Shown here: positions 24,236-32,145 of the stretch, piece by piece
Layout: each line of letters opens with the position of its first letter
Position numbering within the stretch: the stretch's first letter is position 1
NCBI GenBank assembly: GCA_023663365.1
Contig: JAMPHP010000001.1
Location: forward strand, 1,038,308 to 1,102,307
From: Muribaculaceae bacterium
GTDB taxonomy: Bacteria > Bacteroidota > Bacteroidia > Bacteroidales > Muribaculaceae
Direction: 5' to 3'
DNA: 64,000 nucleotides
Translations under genes and position numbers: made by a program
Notes under the pieces: generated by a model
What the model was told of the DNA's origin: nothing
Seen by the model: the letters and a program-made list of their open reading frames with translations, nothing else
Databases searched by the model: none

Positions 24236-24484
24236 TCAGTCCTCCATTTCTTCTTTGTCCGGGTCTTCGCAGAATTCATCGGGCAGCAGACCTTTTTTTC
24301 CGCACCATTGCCCTACCTTAATGCAGCCGCCTGTTATGCAGAGTGCCACTGCTCGTGTGGTCATTTCTTTTGTGAAGCTCATCGGGTTGTTCGGGTCAAC
24401 GTCTCCACCTGCCACCATCAGCGCAAGGAAGCCTATTGAAAAGAGCGCGAAGACGAGAGTGTATTTCAAAATATTTGTTATCAT
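24236..24484 (-). CDS. Small membrane protein (82 aa, trimmed)
   Basis: MITNILKYTLVFALFSIGFLALMVAGG…, an N-terminal TM helix followed by a Cys-containing C-terminus. Confidence 0.4.
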   Translation of the reverse strand: MITNILKYTLVFALFSIGFLALMVAGGDVDPNNPMSFTKEMTTRAVALCITGGCIKVGQWCGKKGLLPDEFCEDPDKEEMED

Positions 24485-24726
24485 TGTTCTTGCGATTTTT
24501 CTTGGTTTAACCTCTCCTGCACTCTCTTGATGATTGTGTAGGTTGTGCCTGTGGAGTGAATGTTGTATTTCTCTCGGAGGTACTTGTGTATCTCTGTGCG
24601 CGACTGCTTCGGGTCTGCGGCAAGTGCTACATACTCCTCGTAAAGGGCGAGGTCTCGCGCTGCTCGTTCTTCTTGGCACTCGGTTTTCCGCTTGAGTAGG
24701 GGGGCTGTTGCTGCTGTTCCGTTCAT
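24481..24726 (-). CDS. Hypothetical protein (81 aa, trimmed so that it does not run through the tRNA-like gene)
   Basis: Starts at MNGTAATAPLLKRK…. The longer ORF (to 24858) is a read-through of the tRNA-like sequence. Confidence 0.4.
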   Translation of the reverse strand: MNGTAATAPLLKRKTECQEERAARDLALYEEYVALAADPKQSRTEIHKYLREKYNIHSTGTTYTIIKRVQERLNQEKSQEQ

Positions 24727-24749
24727 ATCTGAAATTTGTTTTAAATGTT

Positions 24750-24837
24750 TGGTGGAAGGGGCAGGATTCGAACCTGCGACTCTGACTGCTCGGTCAAGCG
24801 GTGCGCACCAGTGCTCTGTCCTCTGAGCTACCCTCCC
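24750..24837 (-). tRNA. Phage-encoded tRNA-like gene with encoded CCA but a non-canonical central (anticodon) region
   Basis: The minus strand reads GGGAGGG-TA-GCTC-AGAGGACA-GAGC-[35 nt]-GCAGG-TTCGAAT-CCTGC-CCCTTCC-A-CCA. The 7-bp acceptor stem, D arm and T arm with GTTCGAATC are canonical. In the 35-nt centre I could not fold a 5-bp stem with a 7-nt loop carrying U33. Confidence 0.5.
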
Positions 24838-24941
24838 GGAATGCCGCCGGGCTTGCAATTCCGGCGGCGGTTATAAAATGGTTGCCTTGCGGCTTTCGCG
24901 GCTCTCTTGCCGCAGGATTGCCCTCTCTTGGGTCTAACCCT

Positions 24942-25133
24942 TTATGCTTTTCTGCGTCCGTAAATGAGCGGTGTCCCGGCTATCTGTATCGTGTATTCCG
25001 CCACGTCATCGTTCTCCAATCCGTAGAATTCGATTATCTTTCGTTTGGTCTTGTTGCCGATGAATTCAGACTCAATGAAGTGGTCGCTTCCTCGTTCCTT
25101 GATTCGGACTATGTAGTGAGTCTGTTCGCTCAT
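24942..25133 (-). CDS. Hypothetical protein (63 aa, trimmed)
   Basis: MSEQTHYIVRIKERGSDHF…, with an ATGA overlap to the upstream gene. Confidence 0.4.
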   Translation of the reverse strand: MSEQTHYIVRIKERGSDHFIESEFIGNKTKRKIIEFYGLENDDVAEYTIQIAGTPLIYGRRKA

Positions 25134-25546
25134 TTCAAATTGTCTTTTATGTAGTTGATGTCTGCGTCGCCGAACGCGTAGCCATGCTCTATCTTCCATT
25201 TTATGCAGTCGGGTCTGCCGATGAATTTGGCGGCTATTCTTTCGAGGGTCTCTGCCATCTCATCGCTGTCTGCGAGCCCTCCGCGCACCTCATTTGCTTG
25301 CCGAATAATGCTGTGTGTCAATTGCCGTTGCTTTGTTATCGCTTCCCGGTATGCCACGTCTCTGCTATTGGCGGCTTGGGAAAGGAGCTGGACAAGTGGC
25401 GAACTGCCATGCTTCTTCCATTCCTTGCAGAAGGTATCCTTGTCCATGTCTCCTGCCATCATGTAGGCGGTGTTCGCTGTGGTGTATTCTTCCATCGAGC
25501 AGGTTTCCTCGTATCCCATTCGGGTGCTGTATTCTTCGATTGTCAT
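25130..25546 (-). CDS. Hypothetical protein (138 aa), first gene of the leftward early operon
   Basis: ORF immediately downstream of the divergent promoter region. Confidence 0.5.
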   Translation of the reverse strand: MTIEEYSTRMGYEETCSMEEYTTANTAYMMAGDMDKDTFCKEWKKHGSSPLVQLLSQAANSRDVAYREAITKQRQLTHSIIRQANEVRGGLADSDEMAETLERIAAKFIGRPDCIKWKIEHGYAFGDADINYIKDNLK

Positions 25547-25619
25547 ATTCTTTTCAGTTAAATTTCCGATTTTATTTCTTTTTTCGTATCTTTGTTCGCG
25601 TCTTTTGTTGAACGCGATG

Positions 25620-25627
25620 CAAAGTTA
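25620..25627 (-). promoter_or_regulatory. Bacteroidota-type -7 element (TAACTTTG) for the leftward early operon, in the divergent switch region
   Basis: The minus strand reads GTTTAACTTTGCA about 75 nt upstream of the ATG at 25546. An imperfect inverted repeat TTCGCGT…ACGCGAT at about 25594-25617 is a possible operator. Confidence 0.4.
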
Positions 25628-25702
25628 AACAACGATTTCGGGATTTACAAGCGTTTCGGCGAAATGGATGCAAAAATTTAGGACTTTTTAAGATTTTAGC
25701 CC

Positions 25703-26152
25703 ATGAAGGAGCCATTTGTATTCTCCGAGTTTCGTAAATCTCTCGGAATGACGCAAGAAGAATTTGCGGAAAAGTGCGGCGCAACAGTGCGCTCAGTTCA
25801 AAATTGGGAGCAAGGTGGAACAATTACCACTCAAGCTATGAAATTGTTTCGGTATATTGAGGCCGAAATAGATGCAGGTCGGTCGGATTCTATCTCTGCT
25901 GAAAATTCGACCGTTGTGTCGGGTTCAAATAATCGCGTCGGCTCAACTGAACAGACTACTTATGGGGATAACTCTCCGGCAATAAAAGGCGACAACAATC
26001 ATTTCGGTGGCTGCGCTTCAATCGACAAAGCCTTTGCCACTATTGATAAAATGTTGAACGAAATTTCCGCGCAGCGTAAACTCGTGGAGCAATCGTTGGC
26101 TCAAAACGCCACCCTCATCTCCATCTTGCAAGCTCAACTCGTGAAAGCATGA
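25703..26152 (+). CDS. XRE-family HTH transcriptional regulator (CI-like repressor candidate)
   Basis: …FRKSLGMTQEEFAEKCGATVRSVQNWEQG… is a canonical HTH_3 motif. The gene is divergent from the early operon. Confidence 0.75.
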   Translation: MKEPFVFSEFRKSLGMTQEEFAEKCGATVRSVQNWEQGGTITTQAMKLFRYIEAEIDAGRSDSISAENSTVVSGSNNRVGSTEQTTYGDNSPAIKGDNNHFGGCASIDKAFATIDKMLNEISAQRKLVEQSLAQNATLISILQAQLVKA

Positions 26153-26568
26153 AACGCTCGTATATCGCCATCTGCTTTGCGTGGCTCTTGTTACTTTCAG
26201 CGTGTGGTGTGTCAAGCGACCGCAAGGAGGAAATGCAGAACAGCCTTTATGTAGGGCTAACTGATGCGCTCCTTAAGCAAGATTCCTTTGTTGCTTTCGC
26301 TCCCTCGGTTGAACTACGAGAGGTGGAACGTGGAGCGTTCTTCTCTGTCGATGGTTATCGCGGCTTGTTCTCCTGTTCGTTTACGGAGGGCGAACATCGG
26401 GTTTTTCTCTCCGGCTCTTGCGGCTTTGACAAGGACGGCTTTCTCGCAACTATGCCAGACGGTCGGCTTGCCGTAGATGTGGTTGCCATTCTCGTGGACT
26501 CTCGTTCCACCAATGTCTCCACCTCTATATACAACCTCCCGGTCTTCTTCAGTAATCGGGGCAAATAG
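26149..26568 (+). CDS. Lipoprotein (139 aa)
   Basis: Signal peptide with lipobox MKRSYIAICFAWLLLLSAC-G. ATGA overlap with the repressor gene. Confidence 0.6.
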   Translation: MKRSYIAICFAWLLLLSACGVSSDRKEEMQNSLYVGLTDALLKQDSFVAFAPSVELREVERGAFFSVDGYRGLFSCSFTEGEHRVFLSGSCGFDKDGFLATMPDGRLAVDVVAILVDSRSTNVSTSIYNLPVFFSNRGK

Positions 26569-26596
26569 TTATTTTACTCAAAAATCGCCACATGCC

Positions 26597-26660
26597 GCGT
26601 TTGTGGTCTTCCGTGGGTACTTGTGCCACCCGAAGCAAAACGGCGCGACACGGCGCAAAC
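26597..26660. repeat. Copy B of the ~60-bp imperfect-palindrome element
   Basis: GCGTTTGTGGTCTTCCGTGGGTACTTGTGCCACCCGAAGC. The arms TCTTCCGTGGGTAC and GTGCCACCCGAAGC are imperfectly complementary. See 10441-10505. Confidence 0.7.
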
Positions 26661-26672
26661 AGAGGCTATCAG

Positions 26673-27137
26673 ATGAATATTCGACTTTTGGACGTAATCA
26701 AGTATAAAACCGGGGGGCGGCAGAAGCTTTTTGCTGAACTTTTAGGTTGGACTCCGCAGTATCTCGCTAAATTGTTGCGCGGAGAGAATTTCGGGCTTCA
26801 GCCTGTTCTGACGCTCTTGGAAAAATTGCCGGAGATAGATGCCAGGTGGCTGCTCTTGGGCGAGGGGTCTATGCTGAACGAGAATAAAATTAGCGGTCTG
26901 CGCCGTGGGGTCTATTCAAGCGTTCAAAGGATAATGGATTACGAGCGTTTCATGCCTGTAATGTTCCCCGATGAACTGAGAGAATTTGAGGAGTGTATCT
27001 CCGAGGGGCGTATCCCCACTTTCTCTGATAATGAGATTTGGGAGTTCGAGCTTCGTCTTCGTGCGTTGAATGACAAAGTCGAGGATGCCATGTCTAAATC
27101 CATAACGCCATGCAAACACCCGAAAGCCAAGCAATAG
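26673..27137 (+). CDS. HTH DNA-binding protein (BetR / phage-repressor-like)
   Basis: Trimmed to MNIRLLDVIKYKTGGRQKLFAELLGWTPQYLAKLLRGE…ARWLLLGEGSM. Confidence 0.55.
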   Translation: MNIRLLDVIKYKTGGRQKLFAELLGWTPQYLAKLLRGENFGLQPVLTLLEKLPEIDARWLLLGEGSMLNENKISGLRRGVYSSVQRIMDYERFMPVMFPDELREFEECISEGRIPTFSDNEIWEFELRLRALNDKVEDAMSKSITPCKHPKAKQ

Positions 27138-27385
27138 TTAGGCGGTTCTTTGAGGCTCTTTATCGTCTGAAAGCCGACCGCAAAATCCGGGGCAAGCAAA
27201 CCTTTACCCGTGAGTATGGTATCAATCGGTGGAACTTGAACACGTTGGAAAAAGAGCTGGAGCGTGATATGTTCCAAGTGTCTTGGCTCTCGTTCCTCGT
27301 GCGCGACTATGGCGTGTCCCCTATGTGGCTGCTTACCGGCTTCGGGGATTTCTATCAAAAGAAAAAAACGGAAGCCATTCGCTGA
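27110..27385 (+). CDS. HTH DNA-binding protein (BetR-like), related to the preceding gene
   Basis: …FTREYGINRWNLNTLEKE…MWLLTGFGDF shares the WLL(T/L)G motif with 26673..27137. Confidence 0.5.
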   Translation: MQTPESQAIVRRFFEALYRLKADRKIRGKQTFTREYGINRWNLNTLEKELERDMFQVSWLSFLVRDYGVSPMWLLTGFGDFYQKKKTEAIR

Positions 27386-27414
27386 CTTCCGCTCTCGTAT
27401 CGTATTTGTTCCCC

Positions 27415-28581
27415 TCAGTCTTTGTCGTTGTCGATCGGCAGGATTGGGGGGATTAGCATTGCTGCTTCTTGCTTCTTCTTGTCCATCATGTGTGCGTAGA
27501 TTAGGGTTGTGTGGATTTCTCTGTGTCCGAGTAGTCTCTGAAGTGTGTATATGTCTGCGCCCAAGTCAAGCATCAGCACAGCGAATGTGTGCCGTCCGCT
27601 GTGGAACGTGATGTCTTTTGTTATCCCTGCTCGGACAGCCCATCGTTTCAACTCCATGAGGTAATAAGACGAGTATGAGAAATTCGGGAACACGTGGTCT
27701 TCCGGCTCTCGTCTTTCGCCCATGTAGGGGACTGCTTGGGGATTGATGTCGATGTATTCCTGTCCGCCTGTCTTCTTCTGCCGGAAGACGATTCGCGTGA
27801 ATTCGCCCTGCTGTCTGACCTCTTTCCATTTCATTTTTTCGATGTCGCTCTTGCGGAGTCCTGTCAAGCAGGAAAACATGAAGGCTCGCTTGAGGATTGG
27901 GTATTTGCATTCTGTCGCCGCCATCGCCTTGACCTCGTCAAGCGTGAGGTACACTCGCTCTCGTTCCTCCAACTTGAAGCCCTCGATGCCGCGTAGGGGA
28001 TTGTGCGGCAGTATGCGGTCTTCAAAGGCTTGGTTGATGCAAGCCCGGAGCTTGTTGAAGTAGGAGACCTTTGTGGCGTTGGATATAGGCTTTTGGTCTT
28101 CCGTGGTCTTCGCTTTCTTGCGTTTGTCTCTCACTCTTGCCGTGCGGTCGAGATAGTCTTTGAAGCCTTGCACGAATTCCGGGGTCACGTCTCTGAATGT
28201 CATGTTCGATCGGCAGTATCTTTCGAGGTGCTTGAGTGCGCTGTACCAATTACCCCAATTGCCGAGGCTCTCCGGGTTTTGGTGTCGCTTCTCGCAAAGC
28301 ATACGGTAGTAGTCGAGGAAGTTCGTGTCAAGCCTGTACGCTCCCTCGAAGCCGAAGCGTCCGTCATGCAGTTCTATGACCCTCTTTCCTCGGACTGCGT
28401 CCGCGAGTTTGAGGGTCTCCTTGTTCTTCTCCTTGTCGGCTCTTGTTTTTTCCGGCACGAGGTAGAGGTTCAGCCACTCGTAGCTGCGTCTGCCGTCTAT
28501 GTAAATGTCGAGGTAGAGCGAGATGTTCCCGGACGCGAGTTTGCGCTTGCGCAGCCGGATAGGTTCTTTTGATTTCTCCAT
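27415..28581 (-). CDS. Tyrosine site-specific integrase (Bacteroidota phage-integrase type)
   Basis: N-terminal arm/SAM-like domains and the catalytic region …HSGRHTFAVLMLDLGADIYTLQRLLGHREIHTTLIYAHM (R…HxxR…Y). Confidence 0.92.
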   Translation of the reverse strand: MEKSKEPIRLRKRKLASGNISLYLDIYIDGRRSYEWLNLYLVPEKTRADKEKNKETLKLADAVRGKRVIELHDGRFGFEGAYRLDTNFLDYYRMLCEKRHQNPESLGNWGNWYSALKHLERYCRSNMTFRDVTPEFVQGFKDYLDRTARVRDKRKKAKTTEDQKPISNATKVSYFNKLRACINQAFEDRILPHNPLRGIEGFKLEERERVYLTLDEVKAMAATECKYPILKRAFMFSCLTGLRKSDIEKMKWKEVRQQGEFTRIVFRQKKTGGQEYIDINPQAVPYMGERREPEDHVFPNFSYSSYYLMELKRWAVRAGITKDITFHSGRHTFAVLMLDLGADIYTLQRLLGHREIHTTLIYAHMMDKKKQEAAMLIPPILPIDNDKD

Positions 28582-28779
28582 GTTCTCATTGGGTGTTTTT
28601 GTTATTTTTGTTACTTATTTTCTTTCGAGTCACAAAATAACAACAAAAAATCGAGAAACAAAAGGAATGATTGAGAAAAGTGCGAATTTTCTCGACTTGT
28701 CTACTTCTTTGATTTTTAGGTCTCTTTTTCTATATCTTTGCGGTTTGTTTCTATTCTTTTCCTTGTGTCGGTGCCCGCT

Positions 28780-30150
28780 TCACTTTCCGATGCAGAATCT
28801 CGAAAATATGGTTGAGAGGACTTCTGTGGTGGTGATGGTGCCGGTGATGGAGCCGAGGTGGCGGATGGTGTCGCGGAGGTCTTGCGCGACGAGGTCGGCG
28901 GGGATGCCTTGGCGCAGGGCTGCTGCGGTGGCTGCGGCTGCGGTGGCTGCGGCTCTGAGGGCTTCGGCATGGCGTGCGTTGGTCACTATCAGGTCGGTGT
29001 CGGCTCCGGGGTTGAGGGCGTCTATTTTGCTGCGGATGAGGGTGCGGAGGTCTTCGATGCCTTGGCGGTGGAGCGCCGAGATGGCGATGTTTGTGTCGGC
29101 GGCGGGTGCGTTGGCGAGGTCCGTTTTGTTCTGCACGAAGATTATGCGCTCGGGGTCGATGCCGTCGAGTTCGGCGCTTATTTCTTCGGGACGGGGCATT
29201 GCGGAGGCGTCTACCACGAAGAGTACGATGCCTGCGGCGCGTGCGGCTTGGCGCGATCGGTCGATGCCGATGGCTTCGATTGTGTCGGCGGTGTCGCGGA
29301 GGCCGGCGGTGTCGCGAAATCGGATGAGGTACGGGCCGATTTCGATGCTGTCTTCCACGATGTCGCGTGTGGTGCCGTGGATGTCGCTGACGATGGCTCT
29401 GTCGTCGCCGAGGAGTGCGTTGAGGAGCGATGATTTTCCGGCGTTTGTGGGGCCGATTATTGCCACGGGGATGCCGTCTTTGATGGCTGCTCCGGAGCGG
29501 AATGTCGTGGCGAGGTGCTCGAGCTCGCTGTGGATATGGTCGGTGAGGCTGAGGAGTCGTTCGCGGGAGGCAAATTCGACTTCTTCTTCTGAGAAGTCGA
29601 GCTCGAGCTCGAGGAGGGCAGTGAGGTCGACGAGCTCGGAGCGGAGCTTGTTGATGTGGCGCGAGAAGTCGCCGCGCATCTGGCTCATGGCGAGTCGATG
29701 GGCTGCACGCGAGTTGGCGGCTATCATGTCGGCCACTGCTTCTGCTTCGGCGAGGTCGAGTTTTCCGGCCGCGAATGCGCGTCGGCTGAATTCGCCGGGC
29801 AGCGCGAGGCGCGCGCCTTGGCGGATGAGCAGGTCGATGAGTTCGCGCTGTATCCATCGGGAGCCGTGTATGCCGAGCTCTACCATATCGTCGCCGGTGA
29901 ATGAGTGCGGAGCCTTGAATACGGTCGCCAGGGCTTGATCGAGGTTTTCACCGGTGGCGGGGTCGGTGATGTAGCCCAGGTGTGCGGTGTGGCTTTGGGC
30001 TTTGGCGAGCGAGCGTCCGTGCCAGATGCTGTCGCAGATGGCGATGGCTTGCGGTCCGCTGATGCGCACGAGGGCTATGGCGCCGGTTCCGGCGGGCGAT
30101 GATATTGCGCAGATGGTGTCGTCGGGGTTGTAGTATAGGGCTGTTTCCAT
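28780..30150 (-). CDS. mnmE: tRNA modification GTPase MnmE
   Basis: G-domain motifs GPTNAGKSSL, DTAG and NKTD, plus the characteristic C-terminal …FCIGK. Confidence 0.93.
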   Translation of the reverse strand: METALYYNPDDTICAISSPAGTGAIALVRISGPQAIAICDSIWHGRSLAKAQSHTAHLGYITDPATGENLDQALATVFKAPHSFTGDDMVELGIHGSRWIQRELIDLLIRQGARLALPGEFSRRAFAAGKLDLAEAEAVADMIAANSRAAHRLAMSQMRGDFSRHINKLRSELVDLTALLELELDFSEEEVEFASRERLLSLTDHIHSELEHLATTFRSGAAIKDGIPVAIIGPTNAGKSSLLNALLGDDRAIVSDIHGTTRDIVEDSIEIGPYLIRFRDTAGLRDTADTIEAIGIDRSRQAARAAGIVLFVVDASAMPRPEEISAELDGIDPERIIFVQNKTDLANAPAADTNIAISALHRQGIEDLRTLIRSKIDALNPGADTDLIVTNARHAEALRAAATAAAATAAALRQGIPADLVAQDLRDTIRHLGSITGTITTTEVLSTIFSRFCIGK

Positions 30151-30155
30151 GCTGT

Positions 30156-31019
30156 TTATCGTTTGCGACGGTTCCAGTCGCGGTAGTTTGCCTGTGCTTC
30201 TATTTGGTTCTCGATATCGTCGGGGAGGCAGGCGAAGAAGTCGAGCCCGGTGATTGCTTCGACTTGGTCAACCGACACTGCGAGGCTCTCGAGGCCGTCG
30301 ACGTTATCACAGTTTGGCATGATGAATGCGATAGCGCGCGGTGGGTTGGCGAAGGGCGACAGGAGTACTTTGAAGAAGCGCTCGGGCACCGACACCGATT
30401 GCTGCCCGATAGCACGCGGGAGCACGTCGGTGAGCACGGGTCCGGTGATTATCACGATGGCGCTGTCGCGGATAGCCCACTGGCGGCATTTGTTCTCGAG
30501 GGTCGACCATCGGCCACCGTTGAGGCTGTGAGTCTGCGGGCAGATGTTTGTCAGATAGTGGCAGTCGAGCATTGCCTGCCGGTCCCATTTCATGTCGGCT
30601 GCGGGTGCCATGTGGCCGCGGTCGAAGCCCGAGTTGCGGTAGTCGTCGAGGGTGGCGCAGCCATATACGTCGGGGTCGCTCCTGAATTTGTTCTCTCGCG
30701 GCACGGTGCCTTGCGCTTCGGCTGCGGTGAGCTCCCACGCCACATAGTTGGGCAGATGGTGCGCCGGGTTGAACGACACGGTGAAGCCGGTGTAGTCCTT
30801 GGTAATCTCCGGGGTTTCGTCGGGCAGGACGACTTTCTGCAGACAGTCGGCGGAGATGCCGTCGGTGATGCGGCTGTCGGAGTCGTCGGAGCCGTAGGAG
30901 TGTGCCGCGGCCATTACCAGCAGCAGGACTACGGCTACGGGTATAATCCACAGCGGGCTCTTGCGCTTGGTGGGGCGCTTGGCTCTTCGCTGCCTGTATA
31001 TGTTGCTTCTATTTGCCAT
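30156..31019 (-). CDS. Secreted DNA/RNA non-specific endonuclease (NucA/EndoG family)
   Basis: N-terminal TM/signal segment and the active-site motif SGFDRGHMAPAADM. Confidence 0.85.
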   Translation of the reverse strand: MANRSNIYRQRRAKRPTKRKSPLWIIPVAVVLLLVMAAAHSYGSDDSDSRITDGISADCLQKVVLPDETPEITKDYTGFTVSFNPAHHLPNYVAWELTAAEAQGTVPRENKFRSDPDVYGCATLDDYRNSGFDRGHMAPAADMKWDRQAMLDCHYLTNICPQTHSLNGGRWSTLENKCRQWAIRDSAIVIITGPVLTDVLPRAIGQQSVSVPERFFKVLLSPFANPPRAIAFIMPNCDNVDGLESLAVSVDQVEAITGLDFFACLPDDIENQIEAQANYRDWNRRKR

Positions 31020-32145
31020 TTATAGTAGATTGTAATGCTGAGATGAGGCCGTTGATATCGGCCGGAGTCATTGCCGCCGACAGGCTCAGCCTGAGGCGGT
31101 CGGTGCCGGGCGGCACGGTGGGAGTGCGTATGGGGAGCACGGTGAAGCCACGCTCTGCGAGCTGCTGCGATAGTGCCACGGCTCTGTGCGGGTCGCCGCA
31201 TATCAGAGCCTGTATATGGCTCGGCCCCCCCGAGCCTCCGAGCGGGGCGAGACCGGTCGCAAGCTGCCGACAGAGCTCCGAGAGGTGGCTGCGGGCGCTG
31301 TCCATGCCCATTGCGGTGGTGAAGATATACTGCCCCCAGCGAGCACAAAGCGGAGGCATTGCCGTGGAGAAGATGAAGCTGCGTGCGCGGTTTATCATAA
31401 AACTGCGCAGCGAGGCGTCCATCACGGCATAGGCGCCGGTCGAGGCGAGCGCCTTGCCAAGGGTGCCGACTATGATGTCGACCTCGGCGCTGCGTGCCGA
31501 GGCCATGGCCAGGCCCAGACCTGCCGGACCGGCCACACCCACGGCGTGAGCTTCGTCGATGTAGAGGAGCGAGCCGGGGTAGCTGCGCTTCACTTCGGCG
31601 AGGGCGTCGATGTCGGCGCTGTCGCCGTCCATGCTGTAGATGCTTTCGGCTATTATGATGAGCTTATGCCCTTGGGCGTGAGCCTTGGCGGCCAGAGCCG
31701 CGAGGTGAGAGTAGTCGTTGTGCCTGAAGCGGGCGAAAGGGAGGCCCGACAGCTTGATGCCGTCGATGATGCTTGCGTGCACCAGTTTATCGGCGAGGAT
31801 ATAGGCGCCGGTTCCGGCGAAGGCGCTCACGAGCCCCGTATTGGCGTGGTATCCGCTGTTGAAGAGCAGGGTGGGGCGGCCGCCGTAAGCCTCTGAGATG
31901 GTGCGCTCGAATGAGGCGAATGAGCTGCGGTCGCCGGCCAGCAGGCGCGAGGCCGAAGCACTCATGGCGATGTCGGCAGGCGCTATACTGCCGAAGAAAT
32001 CCTCGCGCAGGTCGCGCCTCGCTGCGAGCCCGAGGTAGTCGTTTGAGCTGAAGTCGACCGTGCCGTGCAGGTCCTGCTCCTGCACCGTGCGCAGATTTCC
32101 GGCACGAGCTATAGAGTCGAGGGTGCTGTCAATAATTTGCTTCAT
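31009..32145 (-). CDS. bioF: 8-amino-7-oxononanoate synthase
   Basis: Alpha-oxoamine synthase pattern (…NDYLGL…, …ESIYSMDGD…, …GTLGKA…). Overlaps bioA, which argues for BioF over other family members. Confidence 0.78.
   Translation of the reverse strand: MKQIIDSTLDSIARAGNLRTVQEQDLHGTVDFSSNDYLGLAARRDLREDFFGSIAPADIAMSASASRLLAGDRSSFASFERTISEAYGGRPTLLFNSGYHANTGLVSAFAGTGAYILADKLVHASIIDGIKLSGLPFARFRHNDYSHLAALAAKAHAQGHKLIIIAESIYSMDGDSADIDALAEVKRSYPGSLLYIDEAHAVGVAGPAGLGLAMASARSAEVDIIVGTLGKALASTGAYAVMDASLRSFMINRARSFIFSTAMPPLCARWGQYIFTTAMGMDSARSHLSELCRQLATGLAPLGGSGGPSHIQALICGDPHRAVALSQQLAERGFTVLPIRTPTVPPGTDRLRLSLSAAMTPADINGLISALQSTINGK

Larger units (their letters stand above)
1..28700. mobile_element. 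Integrated temperate phage, right arm only (left end is beyond the window start; right junction is approximate, somewhere in 28582-28779)
   Basis: Contiguous phage-type genes: scaffold, MuF, portal, terminase, primase-helicase, YqaJ/RecT, XRE repressor, tyrosine integrase. GC is visibly lower and codon usage differs from the chromosome to the right of about 28.7 kb. No att repeat can be defined because only one end is in the window. Confidence 0.85.

Noticed and set aside
24750-24837. The tRNA-like gene as the integrase attachment site
   Set aside because: It is flanked on both sides by phage genes and lies 2.6 kb inside the element from the integrase gene. The composition break is at 28.6-28.8 kb, next to mnmE.
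28523-29938. Plus-strand 471-aa ORF and the minus-strand Arg/Pro-rich ORF 28751..29857 over the mnmE locus
   Set aside because: The mnmE frame carries the GTPase motifs and the CIGK terminus. The alternatives are R/S/A/P-rich compositional artefacts.
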